Origin: a virus
Lineage: Duplodnaviria; Caudoviricetes
Virus record (IMG/VR): IMGVR_UViG_3300043395_001804
Span: 1 to 56,043 of that record
Direction: 5' to 3' (one strand)
DNA: 56,043 bases
The stretch's first letter is position 1, and every line of letters begins with the position of its first letter. The translations under genes and the position numbers were made by a program. Below the pieces are notes generated by a model that saw only the letters and a program-made list of their open reading frames with translations, did not search any database and was not told where the DNA came from. Below are positions 18,880 through 28,754 of the stretch, in pieces.

Positions 18880-21800
18880 CTATTTTCTAGGATCATTCTT
18901 CATAAACTCTTCTTCGTAATCTGGAAGTTGAGTTGATCTACCAAGTAGCCAATCCAATAAAGTGCTCATACCTTTCGCAATTGTTTGGACACCCTTTGCT
19001 AAAGGTTCAACAAATGCGTACATTAACTTGAATATAAGTGTTCCAAAAATAGTTAGCATTCTCAATAGCATAACGATTATACTTAAAGAATCTACCAGTA
19101 TTTGGATAAGTGGCCCTGCTTGATCGAAAAGGTCTACACCTAAGTTGTACAACTGTCTACTTAATAAGTTAGAAGATTGTTGGTAGTTTGCTAAAGATGC
19201 TCCTCTTGAATTTGCTATCTCCATGTTGTTGACTAAGTTTTTTAACTTATTATCAATGTCTGAAAGTATCAAGTCTGGAGAGAATGCTTCTACATTCTTT
19301 GAAGTGTTATCAGCAATTTCAGCTAAGTAAGAAGCACTTAGAGTAACTCCTGCTACTATTAGACCTACTGGGCCTGCTACTGCTCCTGCTGCTCCTGTTG
19401 CTCCAGAAGCTAGACCCATACTTGCTGCTCCTTGTGCTGCGTATCCGGCTAGCCCAATTGTTGAAGCAGTATTAGAAGCTTGTCCAAAGATTTGACCTGG
19501 GCGTACCCCACTTTTCGTAGATGCTGCTACTAAAGTCTTACCTACTGCGTTTATTGACGCTTCAGCTATTTTGAAGTTCTTGATAGCTTGGATATCAATA
19601 CCCGCATTTTGAGATAGTAGACCAATGTTGGCTCGGCTTGGTGGAATCTCTTCCCCGTCTGGGCCGAATCCTATTGGTGGATTAGTACCACCACCCCCAC
19701 CACCTTTGCCACCTTTTCCTGCGAATGGATCGAAAGCTATATTTAACGGTTGAGGTTCTCTCTCTGGTTTACCATAGAAGTTCTTTGGAGCGTTCTTTGG
19801 TCTAAATGCTTCTGGCTTGAATGTGCCTTGACCTTCTTGGTATGCGGCCATTATCTCTTCAGGGGATAGTTCTGATTCGAATGAAGCTGAAGCCATGAAC
19901 TCTTCGAACTTCTTGTCGTAGGCTATCTTAGCCATAGCGTCTAAGTCACGCTTATTTAGTTTGCCTCTGTTTGTCTCAACATAAGTCTTAGCTGCCTCAA
20001 ATGCTTCTACGTTGGCTAACTCTTTGTACTTCTTAGTAACAAAGGATTTGAATTCACGTTGGAATTGCTTAACTGTTCTATCCTCGTCCTTCTGTTGCAT
20101 TTCAAGTTCTTCGATATCCCGATCAATTTTGCCTTGTGCAAAACCACGAATAGCACTTTCAGGAATCTCAGTACGAATTGACTCTGCTATTTCGCTATAC
20201 GATTGTTGAGTCTTTTCACGTACAGTTTGTACTCTTCTCAGTACTTGGCGTAACAATCCAAGTTTTTCTTGATCTATATTTTCGGATTCTGATACTTTAT
20301 CTATGTAATCCTTAATTCTAGCTTCTAAAGTATTAGACGGATTCTCTAGGTTTGTCCTAAAACTCTTTGCGGAACTTGTTGCAGAAGCTACCTTTTCGTC
20401 CACCAACTTCTGAGTGTCTTCGAAGTCCTTGATTCGCCTACCCGCCTCAAAAGTTCTCTGGAGGGAAGAAGGAAGCGTAGATTCTTTAGCAGTAAATAGC
20501 TTTGATTCAAATGAGCGTTCAAGATTCTCTACTTGTGCTACGAGTACGCGATAGTACTCTTGCTCTGATATGAACCCTTGCATGAATTGATTGTAAGCAT
20601 CTTCGCCATCGTCGCCTTCTCCGTCATCGCCGGTTGGTGGTGCTTTGGGTGTCTTGGGTGGTTTCTTACCTCCACCACCGGACATAGCCTTATTGATGCT
20701 CTCTGCGGCTGATTGTGCAGCTTGCTCTACGTTAGTTACGATTGCATCTTTTAGCTTTTTCTTAGCATCTTTTGTCTTGGTAGCAACTACTGGTTCTGCT
20801 GGTTGACCAGGGGACTCTTGGGTGTAATTGAATAGATTGTCCTTGGCTTCAACTACTGGTTGAACTGCTTGTTCTACTTCTTTAGCTATTGGCTCTGGCT
20901 TTTCTAAAGCATTAGCTATAGATTCAGAAGCAGATGTTTGAGCGTCAACAGTCTTTAGTGGATCGGACACCGGAAATGGAATTTCTCCTTCTGTCTCTCC
21001 AAGAAGACTTGACGGCCATTTTTTTACTCGGTCAAAAGACTTTTGGTCTGATTGCTGATCCCATCGAATCGGCCCGCGAAGTACAACTGGCATTGATGTG
21101 GCTCCAAGATTCTTTAGAGCCATTGCACGATGTCGCCCTTCATGACCAGTAACTTTTGCTTTGCCGGTTTTTTGGTCAATCTCAAATCCTAGATGGGGAA
21201 GGGAACTAAACTTTTCCCCTCTCTCTAAAACTCCAGCAACAGTCTTAGTTTTTTCAGGGGAGATGTCAGCCGCCCCTTCACTTCCAAGTTTTTCTGCCAT
21301 TTGTAAAAATTGATCTGGCTGCATTCTGATTACAGTTAAACGAGACTTGTATTCAGATGCTTCTTGGTTTGCTTTTTCAATAGCTTTTGGGTCGAAGTAA
21401 TCTTCGCCTTTTACTTGTGCTTTTGTTTGTGCATTAGCTACTGAAGTCTCTGGAAAAGAAGATAAATCAGCTTTTGTTTTCTTTGAACGAGACTTTGGCT
21501 TTAGTGTTTCGGTCTGTGCTTGTTCTGTGATTGGAGATTCAGCTTCTACAACTGGAGTTTCTTCAATCGTAGATTGTTGAGTTTGGCTAGTTGACTCTTT
21601 TTCTGTATTAAAGATTAAATCATGTAAGAAACTTAGAGCGTTTACTTGGGTAGGTACGAAACTTAGGGGCTTTACTTGAGAAGGAATCTCTTGAGCTATA
21701 GACTGCTTATGCTGTCTAGCTAGTTCATTGAACTGCTGTATTTCTTTGTTCTGCTTTTCAGATGCTTCCACGCTCTTAGATAGCCTCTTAGTGTTAGCTA

Positions 21801-22407
21801 AGTCTTTACCTTTACGAATAGCTTTTGCTCGTTTATCTCTCTCAGATTCTCCTGCTTCTGTATCTTCGAAGATTTGTTCAGTTACAACTGGAGTTTGTAC
21901 TTGTTCAGTAGTTGGAGCTTGTACAGTCTCAGTACTAGCAGCTAATTGAGCTAATGCGTTCTCTCTTTCTTTCAGTAGAGACTCAAGAGCTTTAGCTACT
22001 CTTTCGTTCATACGTCTTTTATTTTGGTTAGGCTTATTGCGATTCTCTTCAATAGTTTGAAAAGACTTGCCTTTGAAGCCTACACCCTTTTGTACGTAGA
22101 GTGCTCCTTTGGACATTAAAGCTCTTAGTTCTTTACTGATTTTGACTTTAGAAGAGTCTAGCTCAGTAAGTAACTCTTTAGTATTTGCTGCTTTACCTGA
22201 TACGTACTTATCTAGTGCGGATTGCTGAGTCTTTGTCTTTGAGTCAGTTTTAGCTCTTGCTTCAGATTCAGTCTTAGACTTGAGAGCTTCGGTATCTAGC
22301 TTCTCTTGTGCTTTGCTAGGCTTGGACTCGACTTGGTTCTCGTTCTCTGGCTTCTCTGGGTTGTTGTCGCCTTTGAAGTTGATATTGATATCGATTGAGT
22401 TAGCCAT
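18880..22407 (-). CDS. tape-measure-like protein with internal ParB-like domain
   Basis: Longest ORF, follows tail tube gene; starts ANSIDININFKG; helical, C-terminal Gly/Ala-rich and hydrophobic helices; GHEGRHRAMAL motif. Confidence 0.6.
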   Translation of the reverse strand: MANSIDININFKGDNNPEKPENENQVESKPSKAQEKLDTEALKSKTESEARAKTDSKTKTQQSALDKYVSGKAANTKELLTELDSSKVKISKELRALMSKGALYVQKGVGFKGKSFQTIEENRNKPNQNKRRMNERVAKALESLLKERENALAQLAASTETVQAPTTEQVQTPVVTEQIFEDTEAGESERDKRAKAIRKGKDLANTKRLSKSVEASEKQNKEIQQFNELARQHKQSIAQEIPSQVKPLSFVPTQVNALSFLHDLIFNTEKESTSQTQQSTIEETPVVEAESPITEQAQTETLKPKSRSKKTKADLSSFPETSVANAQTKAQVKGEDYFDPKAIEKANQEASEYKSRLTVIRMQPDQFLQMAEKLGSEGAADISPEKTKTVAGVLERGEKFSSLPHLGFEIDQKTGKAKVTGHEGRHRAMALKNLGATSMPVVLRGPIRWDQQSDQKSFDRVKKWPSSLLGETEGEIPFPVSDPLKTVDAQTSASESIANALEKPEPIAKEVEQAVQPVVEAKDNLFNYTQESPGQPAEPVVATKTKDAKKKLKDAIVTNVEQAAQSAAESINKAMSGGGGKKPPKTPKAPPTGDDGEGDDGEDAYNQFMQGFISEQEYYRVLVAQVENLERSFESKLFTAKESTLPSSLQRTFEAGRRIKDFEDTQKLVDEKVASATSSAKSFRTNLENPSNTLEARIKDYIDKVSESENIDQEKLGLLRQVLRRVQTVREKTQQSYSEIAESIRTEIPESAIRGFAQGKIDRDIEELEMQQKDEDRTVKQFQREFKSFVTKKYKELANVEAFEAAKTYVETNRGKLNKRDLDAMAKIAYDKKFEEFMASASFESELSPEEIMAAYQEGQGTFKPEAFRPKNAPKNFYGKPEREPQPLNIAFDPFAGKGGKGGGGGGTNPPIGFGPDGEEIPPSRANIGLLSQNAGIDIQAIKNFKIAEASINAVGKTLVAASTKSGVRPGQIFGQASNTASTIGLAGYAAQGAASMGLASGATGAAGAVAGPVGLIVAGVTLSASYLAEIADNTSKNVEAFSPDLILSDIDNKLKNLVNNMEIANSRGASLANYQQSSNLLSRQLYNLGVDLFDQAGPLIQILVDSLSIIVMLLRMLTIFGTLIFKLMYAFVEPLAKGVQTIAKGMSTLLDWLLGRSTQLPDYEEEFMKNDPRK

Positions 22408-22440
22408 GAGTCTGTCCGAGAATGCAAGAAGTGTTTCGGT

Positions 22441-22474
22441 AAAAGCAAATAGCCTAGCACTGGGCTAGGCTATT
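22441..22474 (-). terminator. intrinsic terminator after tail tube gene
   Basis: 11-bp stem AATAGCCTAGC/GCTAGGCTATT followed by TGCTTTT on the - strand. Confidence 0.6.
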
Positions 22475-22506
22475 ATGATCTGTTTCTGTGGATTGTGCAA
22501 GAAACA

Positions 22507-23052
22507 TTACGGAGCTTGAGCAGCTACAGTGTAGTAGCTCATAGCTGCATCGCATGGCGGGAACGATCCAGCAGGATAGCCTGATGGGATAACTCCAGTT
22601 GACCAAGATGGAAGAATGTGCATTGTGATTGGGATTCTTCGCAAGCTTGATGCAAACTTAACCGCAACTGGATCGGTTGCCAGTACTGCTTTACCGAATG
22701 TGATCGAGTTGTACGCTACGTCTGCGGAGGTTCCAGCACAAGGGGTAAGAATCAATGAAGAAGCAAAGCTGCTAATCAGTTGCCCTGCATGACTTTTAAC
22801 TGCCCCGTCTACAATTGGGCTGTTCCCAGACCATCCCCAAATCAAATTGGTGATTGCTGCAAAGTTTGCCTCAGTTAGAACGAATCGAATCGACATATCG
22901 ATACCTTGGTGAACTGCGTCAACAAGTCCTCGATACTGGTCAACTCGGATCTCTTCTTGGATACGATTGAAAGACAGTTCGAAACCATCTTCAGTAGTTC
23001 CAAGTGGTAATGCGTTAAACGTAGCGGAATACGCACCTGCAATGAATGTCAT
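22507..23052 (-). CDS. major tail tube protein
   Basis: LGTTEDGFELSF...EEIRVDQY..LVD pattern; 181 aa; upstream of tape measure. Confidence 0.65.
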   Translation of the reverse strand: MTFIAGAYSATFNALPLGTTEDGFELSFNRIQEEIRVDQYRGLVDAVHQGIDMSIRFVLTEANFAAITNLIWGWSGNSPIVDGAVKSHAGQLISSFASSLILTPCAGTSADVAYNSITFGKAVLATDPVAVKFASSLRRIPITMHILPSWSTGVIPSGYPAGSFPPCDAAMSYYTVAAQAP

Positions 23053-23612
23053 AGTGTCCTAAGCTCCTGTTCCAATTGTAGTTGGTTTCTAACGGTTTTG
23101 CGTTGTTTGAGCATTGTACTGAACTCTTGAATCTTTGTCAAAAGTTTGTCAATGTCCTCAACACTGGTTGGGATATCGGATGTTGGCAACTCTTTCTTGA
23201 TCCCTTCGATCTGTGCCTTGAACGAGTTTTGGGGATCTTCTTCGTCCTCAAAGTCAACGGTTTTCATAAACTCTTCAAGAGAGCCTAGCTCCTGCCTAGC
23301 CAAGTTCGTCTTTTGATTCGACTCCAACCATTGATTGCATTTGTAGCACGTAGATGCTTCTGGGTATGTCGTAACAACTCTTGCTTTTGACGAAGAATTA
23401 CAAGCTGTTACCCATTCCTGTCCTGGGGTCATCTTCAAAGCAAAACTGGTTCCGTTCTTGCTGTAAAGTTTATGAGTGGGTGCTTGCTCTTTTGGGAGCA
23501 GCAAGCAAATACTAACTAACTGAGTCATTACCGCACTTTCGCAGCATTCAGCCAGTCGTTGGGACGGGTGGTAAGTGTCTTTGTTGCACTTCGAACATCG
23601 GAATTTGAACAT
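23049..23612 (-). CDS. Zn-finger-like hypothetical protein (start ATG 23612)
   Basis: CSKC, CC, CYKC motifs; AGAAGGA RBS upstream of ATG. Confidence 0.55.
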   Translation of the reverse strand: MFKFRCSKCNKDTYHPSQRLAECCESAVMTQLVSICLLLPKEQAPTHKLYSKNGTSFALKMTPGQEWVTACNSSSKARVVTTYPEASTCYKCNQWLESNQKTNLARQELGSLEEFMKTVDFEDEEDPQNSFKAQIEGIKKELPTSDIPTSVEDIDKLLTKIQEFSTMLKQRKTVRNQLQLEQELRTL

Positions 23613-23627
23613 GAGGCATATCCTTCT

Positions 23628-23682
23628 ATGCAATGTGGAATTTATTACGGTCGGCAACTAGCTAATAAATTCAGCATTGCAC
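23628..23682. promoter_or_regulatory. inverted pair of 19-bp boxes
   Basis: ATGCAATGTGGAATTTATT-N17-AATAAATTCAGCATTGCAC. Confidence 0.75.
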
Positions 23683-24279
23683 GCCATAGATCCTGGAGGG
23701 GGAAAGGAAACGTCCGGTGTAGGTGTGGCCTGCCGGTCGGTCGGAGTCGCTCATATCGGCAGACGAGAAGTAATCAGCTTGTCTAGGCATTGGTTCTGCA
23801 TCTGCTCCTATGTATTCGAATCCATCGATAATGTCTACACCATCAGTAAGAATATCATATATTCTATTACTATATGGTTTATAATTCTTTCTTAGGTACT
23901 CTTGAACTACCATATTCTTACTACTGTTTGTTCTACTTATAGTAGTAATTACTAAATCTTTAATTAGATTTAGAGAAGTATATTCATCGTTCATGTAACT
24001 AATAAGACGATCTGTAGGTGCTAATCTAGTTCTAGCACCGCATACTACGTCAAAGCCTACTCTATCATAGACATAGTTCTTAGGCCCACCTTCTGATCTT
24101 ACTTCTGCGTAGTTCGATCTTGACTGAGGATGGATAAGAATGAAGAACTGTCCAACTGTTGGGGGAGGCTGGTCGTATGCAGTTACGTAGATGCAATCTT
24201 TGTTGAGTTTGGGAATGTCCATCAATGGAGAGTCACAGAGCACGTTCTTGACTAATTCTAGTATTGTCTTCTCAAACAT
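23671..24279 (-). CDS. putative tail terminator/completion protein
   Basis: Position between neck and tail tube genes; 202 aa. Confidence 0.45.
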   Translation of the reverse strand: MFEKTILELVKNVLCDSPLMDIPKLNKDCIYVTAYDQPPPTVGQFFILIHPQSRSNYAEVRSEGGPKNYVYDRVGFDVVCGARTRLAPTDRLISYMNDEYTSLNLIKDLVITTISRTNSSKNMVVQEYLRKNYKPYSNRIYDILTDGVDIIDGFEYIGADAEPMPRQADYFSSADMSDSDRPAGHTYTGRFLSPSRIYGVQC

Positions 24280-24289
24280 TTATCTTTCC

Positions 24290-24922
24290 TTATTCCAGAG
24301 AACCAGGGGGTGCAGGGGGTGGTAACTCTCTTAGTTGTTTTCTTCTGTCATACTCTTGTCTGACACGTTCAATTCTTCGTCTAGCTGCTTGTCTACGTTT
24401 GACTTCTCTTCTGTTCCAGTAGTTGGATAGAACTGGAAGAGACTTTTGAATTGCATCTGAAATCAAAGCTTCATCAGCTACGAAGATTTGTCGTTTTCTG
24501 TCTACGTCATCTGCATAAGGAACTGTTACCTCAAAGTGAATCGACTCAAGGTCTACCCTAACTATCTGGTCTTTGTTTCGTGGAACATAGACACCATTAC
24601 GAAACCATCCTGGTTTGAGGGCTTCAAGTAATCGTCTAGTTCTGATGTTGATTGCAATAGCACCAGCATATCGGTAATTGAGTCGTTTCTTCAGGTCTAT
24701 GGTCTTTTGGCTAAGCGGTTTCCATCTGTTACCATAGCTGTCAACTGCTTCCATTCTCCGATATGCTGGTACTCTTGCTTTCTGTAAAAAGGCTTGGTAG
24801 TTGAGCTTGACTACGTTGTATAGGATCAAGTTCAACGCAAAGTACTTGAATGCGTCATCCATTTTGTGTGGCTCTACACCACCTTCATGAGCTAGCAAAT
24901 CAAGTACGTGTCTTACAGCCAT
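24290..24922 (-). CDS. putative virion morphogenesis (neck/tail completion, Mu gpG-like) protein
   Basis: GNRWKPLSQKTI..K...RTRRL motif; position after head-tail adaptor. Confidence 0.55.
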   Translation of the reverse strand: MAVRHVLDLLAHEGGVEPHKMDDAFKYFALNLILYNVVKLNYQAFLQKARVPAYRRMEAVDSYGNRWKPLSQKTIDLKKRLNYRYAGAIAINIRTRRLLEALKPGWFRNGVYVPRNKDQIVRVDLESIHFEVTVPYADDVDRKRQIFVADEALISDAIQKSLPVLSNYWNRREVKRRQAARRRIERVRQEYDRRKQLRELPPPAPPGSLE

Positions 24923-25413
24923 AGGAACGGGATCATTCTGCTTAGGAACTGATTTCCAACAGTACGGTTAGAAGTGATTACGTCAACTCGGATTGGACTG
25001 TATGGGAAACGATTATCAGAGGATACGTTCTGGAATACTACTAAAGTATTACCTGAACGTGGTAGTTCTGATAGGAATGCGTCACCAGTTGCAATTTGGT
25101 CTAAGTCGGTAAGTGCTTCTACGTATTGTTCTGCGTACAGTGAAGGATTACCTCTACGAATAGATAAGAGATAGCAACCGATGATAGTTGCTATCTCTCT
25201 AATTCTTGGAGAGTCTTTCAGGTTGATATCATCGAAGCTCTTATTGAGTACTTGTTTGATTCGACCTGTAGCTCGTTCGCAAATTTCGTAGATGACTTCA
25301 TCATTGTCAGCAACATCGTCTGTATGGAGCAATGATCCATCTTCCGAGATAAGTCTTTGAATCTCGTCTTCGGAAGTAAACAGATACGGATATCTCTGAC
25401 CTGATAGCGTCAT
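24913..25413 (-). CDS. head-tail adaptor (DUF1320/Mu gp36-like)
   Basis: IATIIGCYLL..RR...YVEALTDLDQIATG pattern; directly after major capsid gene. Confidence 0.65.
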   Translation of the reverse strand: MTLSGQRYPYLFTSEDEIQRLISEDGSLLHTDDVADNDEVIYEICERATGRIKQVLNKSFDDINLKDSPRIREIATIIGCYLLSIRRGNPSLYAEQYVEALTDLDQIATGDAFLSELPRSGNTLVVFQNVSSDNRFPYSPIRVDVITSNRTVGNQFLSRMIPFLWL

Positions 25414-25416
25414 AGG

Positions 25417-26589
25417 TTACAATCCACTTCGCCAGACGTTAGCCCAAATAACAGCTTGTGGCTGTGGAAGGATTGGAACGTAGTTCAGAAGCATCTTGAT
25501 ATCGAACCGTGGAGGATCGATTTCGCGGGTACGCCACTGATACAATCCAGTAACCGTCTTGACTTCGCTCATGACGTTCTCTGCGACTGGTTCCATGCAA
25601 GTACCGAAGCCTACCCAATCTCCAGGGGGAGGAACGATCAGAGCATATCCATCTGGAATCAAAGCACTCCAGTTAGACACACTGACTTGATTGGCGTAGT
25701 CAGGTACAACATTGTTGAGTACAAGACCTTCATTGTAGATATGAAAATTGTACTGTGGCAATGCTCGGAACTGAACCGTGTATGGGCCACTGGTTGGAGG
25801 CTCGTCACCACGAACTTCACGGTTGGTAAGGCTATCGAAGATACGGTAAGCCGTACCACCGACCTTAGCCAACTGGGTGTTGTTGAACAGGTGCTTTCCA
25901 GTGTTCCCGTTCATGATGATATCAGTAGGCTGATAACCGCTAACACGAGCAGCTTGCACACTGATTTCGTTCAGGTGATCGAGAATAGGAGCAGCAGGAT
26001 CGTTCCATGCTTCACCAGCACCGATGATGCCACCAAGATCGCCTTTGTTGCTAGCCGGAATGAGGTACTCATTCTTGTGGATAGCATTCGCATCGGTCAG
26101 TTCGCAGAGTCGGAACGCTTCACCGTCTTGCTTGATACCGAAGCCACCTTGGAACATCTTAGCAACCATCCATTCAACGGAGTTGGTTACTTGAGTCTTC
26201 AGGTGCTTCATCTGCATAGCGATGTAGCGTTGTCCAGTAGCATCGACTTTGGTATTCAAACCAAAGCTACCAAGTTGACGGGTCATGAAGACCTTTTCAT
26301 CAGCAATGGTAGTCTTGATGTTGGTTCGGAATACTGCGGCCATTGCAGTACCAACAGGCTTTTGGCCTACGGATACTGGTGGAGCCATTGGAGCAGTCAT
26401 CGGAGCCAGTGTACGAGTATTGGCTACTAGATCGTAACCGAAGACACGTTGCTGACTTGCAATGACTGGGGTATCAGTTGGTGCAAGCTTAAAGTATCGT
26501 TGAAAGAACGATGCTGATGTATGCAGTTGCTCGTAAAGTCGAGCAATCTGTGGTACTCGCATCAACTGATCGTAGGACATTCCTGGCAT
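25417..26589 (-). CDS. major capsid protein (lambda E-like, HK97 fold)
   Basis: 390 aa; EWMVAKMFQGG, WNDPAAPILDHL, VPILPQP motifs; follows protease and decoration genes. Confidence 0.8.
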   Translation of the reverse strand: MPGMSYDQLMRVPQIARLYEQLHTSASFFQRYFKLAPTDTPVIASQQRVFGYDLVANTRTLAPMTAPMAPPVSVGQKPVGTAMAAVFRTNIKTTIADEKVFMTRQLGSFGLNTKVDATGQRYIAMQMKHLKTQVTNSVEWMVAKMFQGGFGIKQDGEAFRLCELTDANAIHKNEYLIPASNKGDLGGIIGAGEAWNDPAAPILDHLNEISVQAARVSGYQPTDIIMNGNTGKHLFNNTQLAKVGGTAYRIFDSLTNREVRGDEPPTSGPYTVQFRALPQYNFHIYNEGLVLNNVVPDYANQVSVSNWSALIPDGYALIVPPPGDWVGFGTCMEPVAENVMSEVKTVTGLYQWRTREIDPPRFDIKMLLNYVPILPQPQAVIWANVWRSGL

Positions 26590-26639
26590 GTTAAAGTCTC
26601 TCTTTCTTTTTGTTCTGTAATGAAGGAATCAACTAGCTA

Positions 26640-27470
26640 CTAGGTAGCAATCGTTGGGGTTTGAGCTTCCCAAAGCATTGGGATAACGAGCCACTTGGTT
26701 CCAGTTCCGATGACTCGGAACGAACCACCAACTTTCTCGGATGCTGTGCTAAGAGCAACAGAGTCAGCAGCAATGTCGTTGTAGACAACAAGAATATCAG
26801 TTGTTGCACAAGTGATAGTCATGTTCTGGTCAACAGCATTGTAGAAGGTGTACTCAAGTCCACGCTTTGGAGTAGCTGGAAGAGTGAAGGTGATTGCTCC
26901 TGTACCGTTGGTAACGAAGAGTTGACCAGCTTCGGATTCAAGCAAGGTCTTGTCAGCAGTAACAAGGTTGGAGACTTGACCAGGGACGTAACCAGCAGGA
27001 TCGTCATCGAATCGGAAGGCCATAGCCATTTGACGACGAATGACGTACTCAAGGGCATGGCCTACGATACCGTCACTGGTCGAAGAAGCGATAACCAAAC
27101 CAGTAGCTTTGACGCAACCAGCAAAGAGAATGTAACCCATGTAACGATCTTGATCGCTTCCCATGAGTTGCATTTTCTGAGCACTCATAAGAACGCCAAC
27201 GATCTTTTGGGTTCCATCTGTGGCATCTGGGTTCCATTGCTTCAGCTTGCCAGCATCAGCACCGGAAGTAACCTTACCGAGCAACAAGCCAGGACGAAGA
27301 ACATCGGTGAAGTTGGTGTTACCAGCATCACGCGAAGAACCGTCAATGACAGTTGCCAAGTAGATTTGTTGGTCAAGACGACCCCAAGTAATGTTGGTGG
27401 AGTTAACGACTTCCTGGAACGGAGTCATATAGTTTCCAGGCAGTACTCCGAACATATCGAAACTGAACAT
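26640..27470 (-). CDS. head decoration protein with C-terminal extension
   Basis: LRPGLLLGKVT..GK.KQW...ATDG....VGVL motif; C-terminal TFTLPA beta domain. Confidence 0.7.
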   Translation of the reverse strand: MFSFDMFGVLPGNYMTPFQEVVNSTNITWGRLDQQIYLATVIDGSSRDAGNTNFTDVLRPGLLLGKVTSGADAGKLKQWNPDATDGTQKIVGVLMSAQKMQLMGSDQDRYMGYILFAGCVKATGLVIASSTSDGIVGHALEYVIRRQMAMAFRFDDDPAGYVPGQVSNLVTADKTLLESEAGQLFVTNGTGAITFTLPATPKRGLEYTFYNAVDQNMTITCATTDILVVYNDIAADSVALSTASEKVGGSFRVIGTGTKWLVIPMLWEAQTPTIAT

Positions 27471-27521
27471 AAATTTGTTTCCTTGTTATTGGATTGCTGT
27501 TGGTTGAATCAGTTTGAAGTA

Positions 27522-28754
27522 CTAGACCAAAGAGGCCATATACTTAGCCATATCGTCGATTTCTTTTTGATCGACGTTATCATCGTCAAGATTGCCCATT
27601 GTCAATCCAGAGACTTCTGGTTGCGTTGGTGCTGGCATGGATTCAAGAGACATCAGAAGCGTTTCCACAACTGGAGTAACGATTTGATTGTCCTTGAATT
27701 CGATGTTGTACGAGTCAGCTTGTGGGTACAACTGAGCATCGGCAAAAGCCTTGGTAGTACGACCTGTTGCAACCAAGTTATCGATACGGCCTCGATAACC
27801 CTTACGTCGATCCAGTTGCATTTGGTTTTGCATGGCAGACATAATGAGAAGATTTTGACTTCCCGCCTTATCTGCTTCTGGAGAAGAAGAGAAATCTTCT
27901 CTTGCGTAGGGCTTGTTCGTCTTGGGATTAACAATCTTGCCGTTAATCAAGGCATCGACCTGGGTAGGATCAAGGTGCGACATTAGTAGTGGCTCCACTT
28001 TGAAAGAATCGGGTTTGACACCTGAAGCGTCTTCAGAGTTCAACAATTGGTATTGCCCAACTGCAATAGACAAATTTTCTGCAAGATTGTCAATAGTTGT
28101 ACTGGCAGGTAAAAACAATTTGCAGACATTTTTTAAGTCTAGTATCAGTTGAGACAGACTTGAAGAATTTTGTTCCGATTCTTCTTCGGTGTCATCTTGC
28201 TCAGATTCTTCAACCATATTGGACATAACCAAGTGAACATCGTTGCTATTTTGTAGCTTGAAGTTCTCTTGGTTCAGTTCAATTGGGTGAGTAACCAAAG
28301 CGATGTGCATGATGCCTTCTTCGAGTAGTTCTTCTTTGTCTACTCCAGAAGTAATTGGAAGGTTCTTGCGAGTGTAGATCGAAGTGTCTTTGACCAAGGT
28401 TCCGATCTTGCCAGCAGGAGTATTTGGGTCGTTTGGATCACCAGGAGCGTCAATCGTTCCTACAAGAGCCATCTTTCCATTGTCTAGGGTCTTGGCTACT
28501 AGACTGTCCCAGAAACCAGCATTCACTGTTGCGTCTTCTAGTAGTCCATTGTCACCAGTAGATAGGGCTGTGATATCGAAGTCGTGCTTCCAAGGGCCAG
28601 GGATCTTCATTCCTTTGGCTTTCATCTTTTGGAACGTATCACTCAACTTTTGAAGACGTTCAGGAGTGACTTCAACGAATTCGTATTTCTTAGTTGCTTC
28701 GTTCCATTGTCGGAACTTACCTTGGGTCAAGACAGTCTTTTCGAACTTTGGCAT
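27522..28754 (-). CDS. prohead protease/scaffold protein (Mu gpI-like)
   Basis: VTPERLQKL..TF..M, HIALVTHP motifs; acidic helical C-terminus; upstream of capsid genes. Confidence 0.65.
   Translation of the reverse strand: MPKFEKTVLTQGKFRQWNEATKKYEFVEVTPERLQKLSDTFQKMKAKGMKIPGPWKHDFDITALSTGDNGLLEDATVNAGFWDSLVAKTLDNGKMALVGTIDAPGDPNDPNTPAGKIGTLVKDTSIYTRKNLPITSGVDKEELLEEGIMHIALVTHPIELNQENFKLQNSNDVHLVMSNMVEESEQDDTEEESEQNSSSLSQLILDLKNVCKLFLPASTTIDNLAENLSIAVGQYQLLNSEDASGVKPDSFKVEPLLMSHLDPTQVDALINGKIVNPKTNKPYAREDFSSSPEADKAGSQNLLIMSAMQNQMQLDRRKGYRGRIDNLVATGRTTKAFADAQLYPQADSYNIEFKDNQIVTPVVETLLMSLESMPAPTQPEVSGLTMGNLDDDNVDQKEIDDMAKYMASLV

Noticed and set aside
25456-27986. Long + strand ORFs (324 aa and 441 aa)
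   Set aside because: Antisense shadows of capsid, decoration and scaffold genes, with no recognisable motifs
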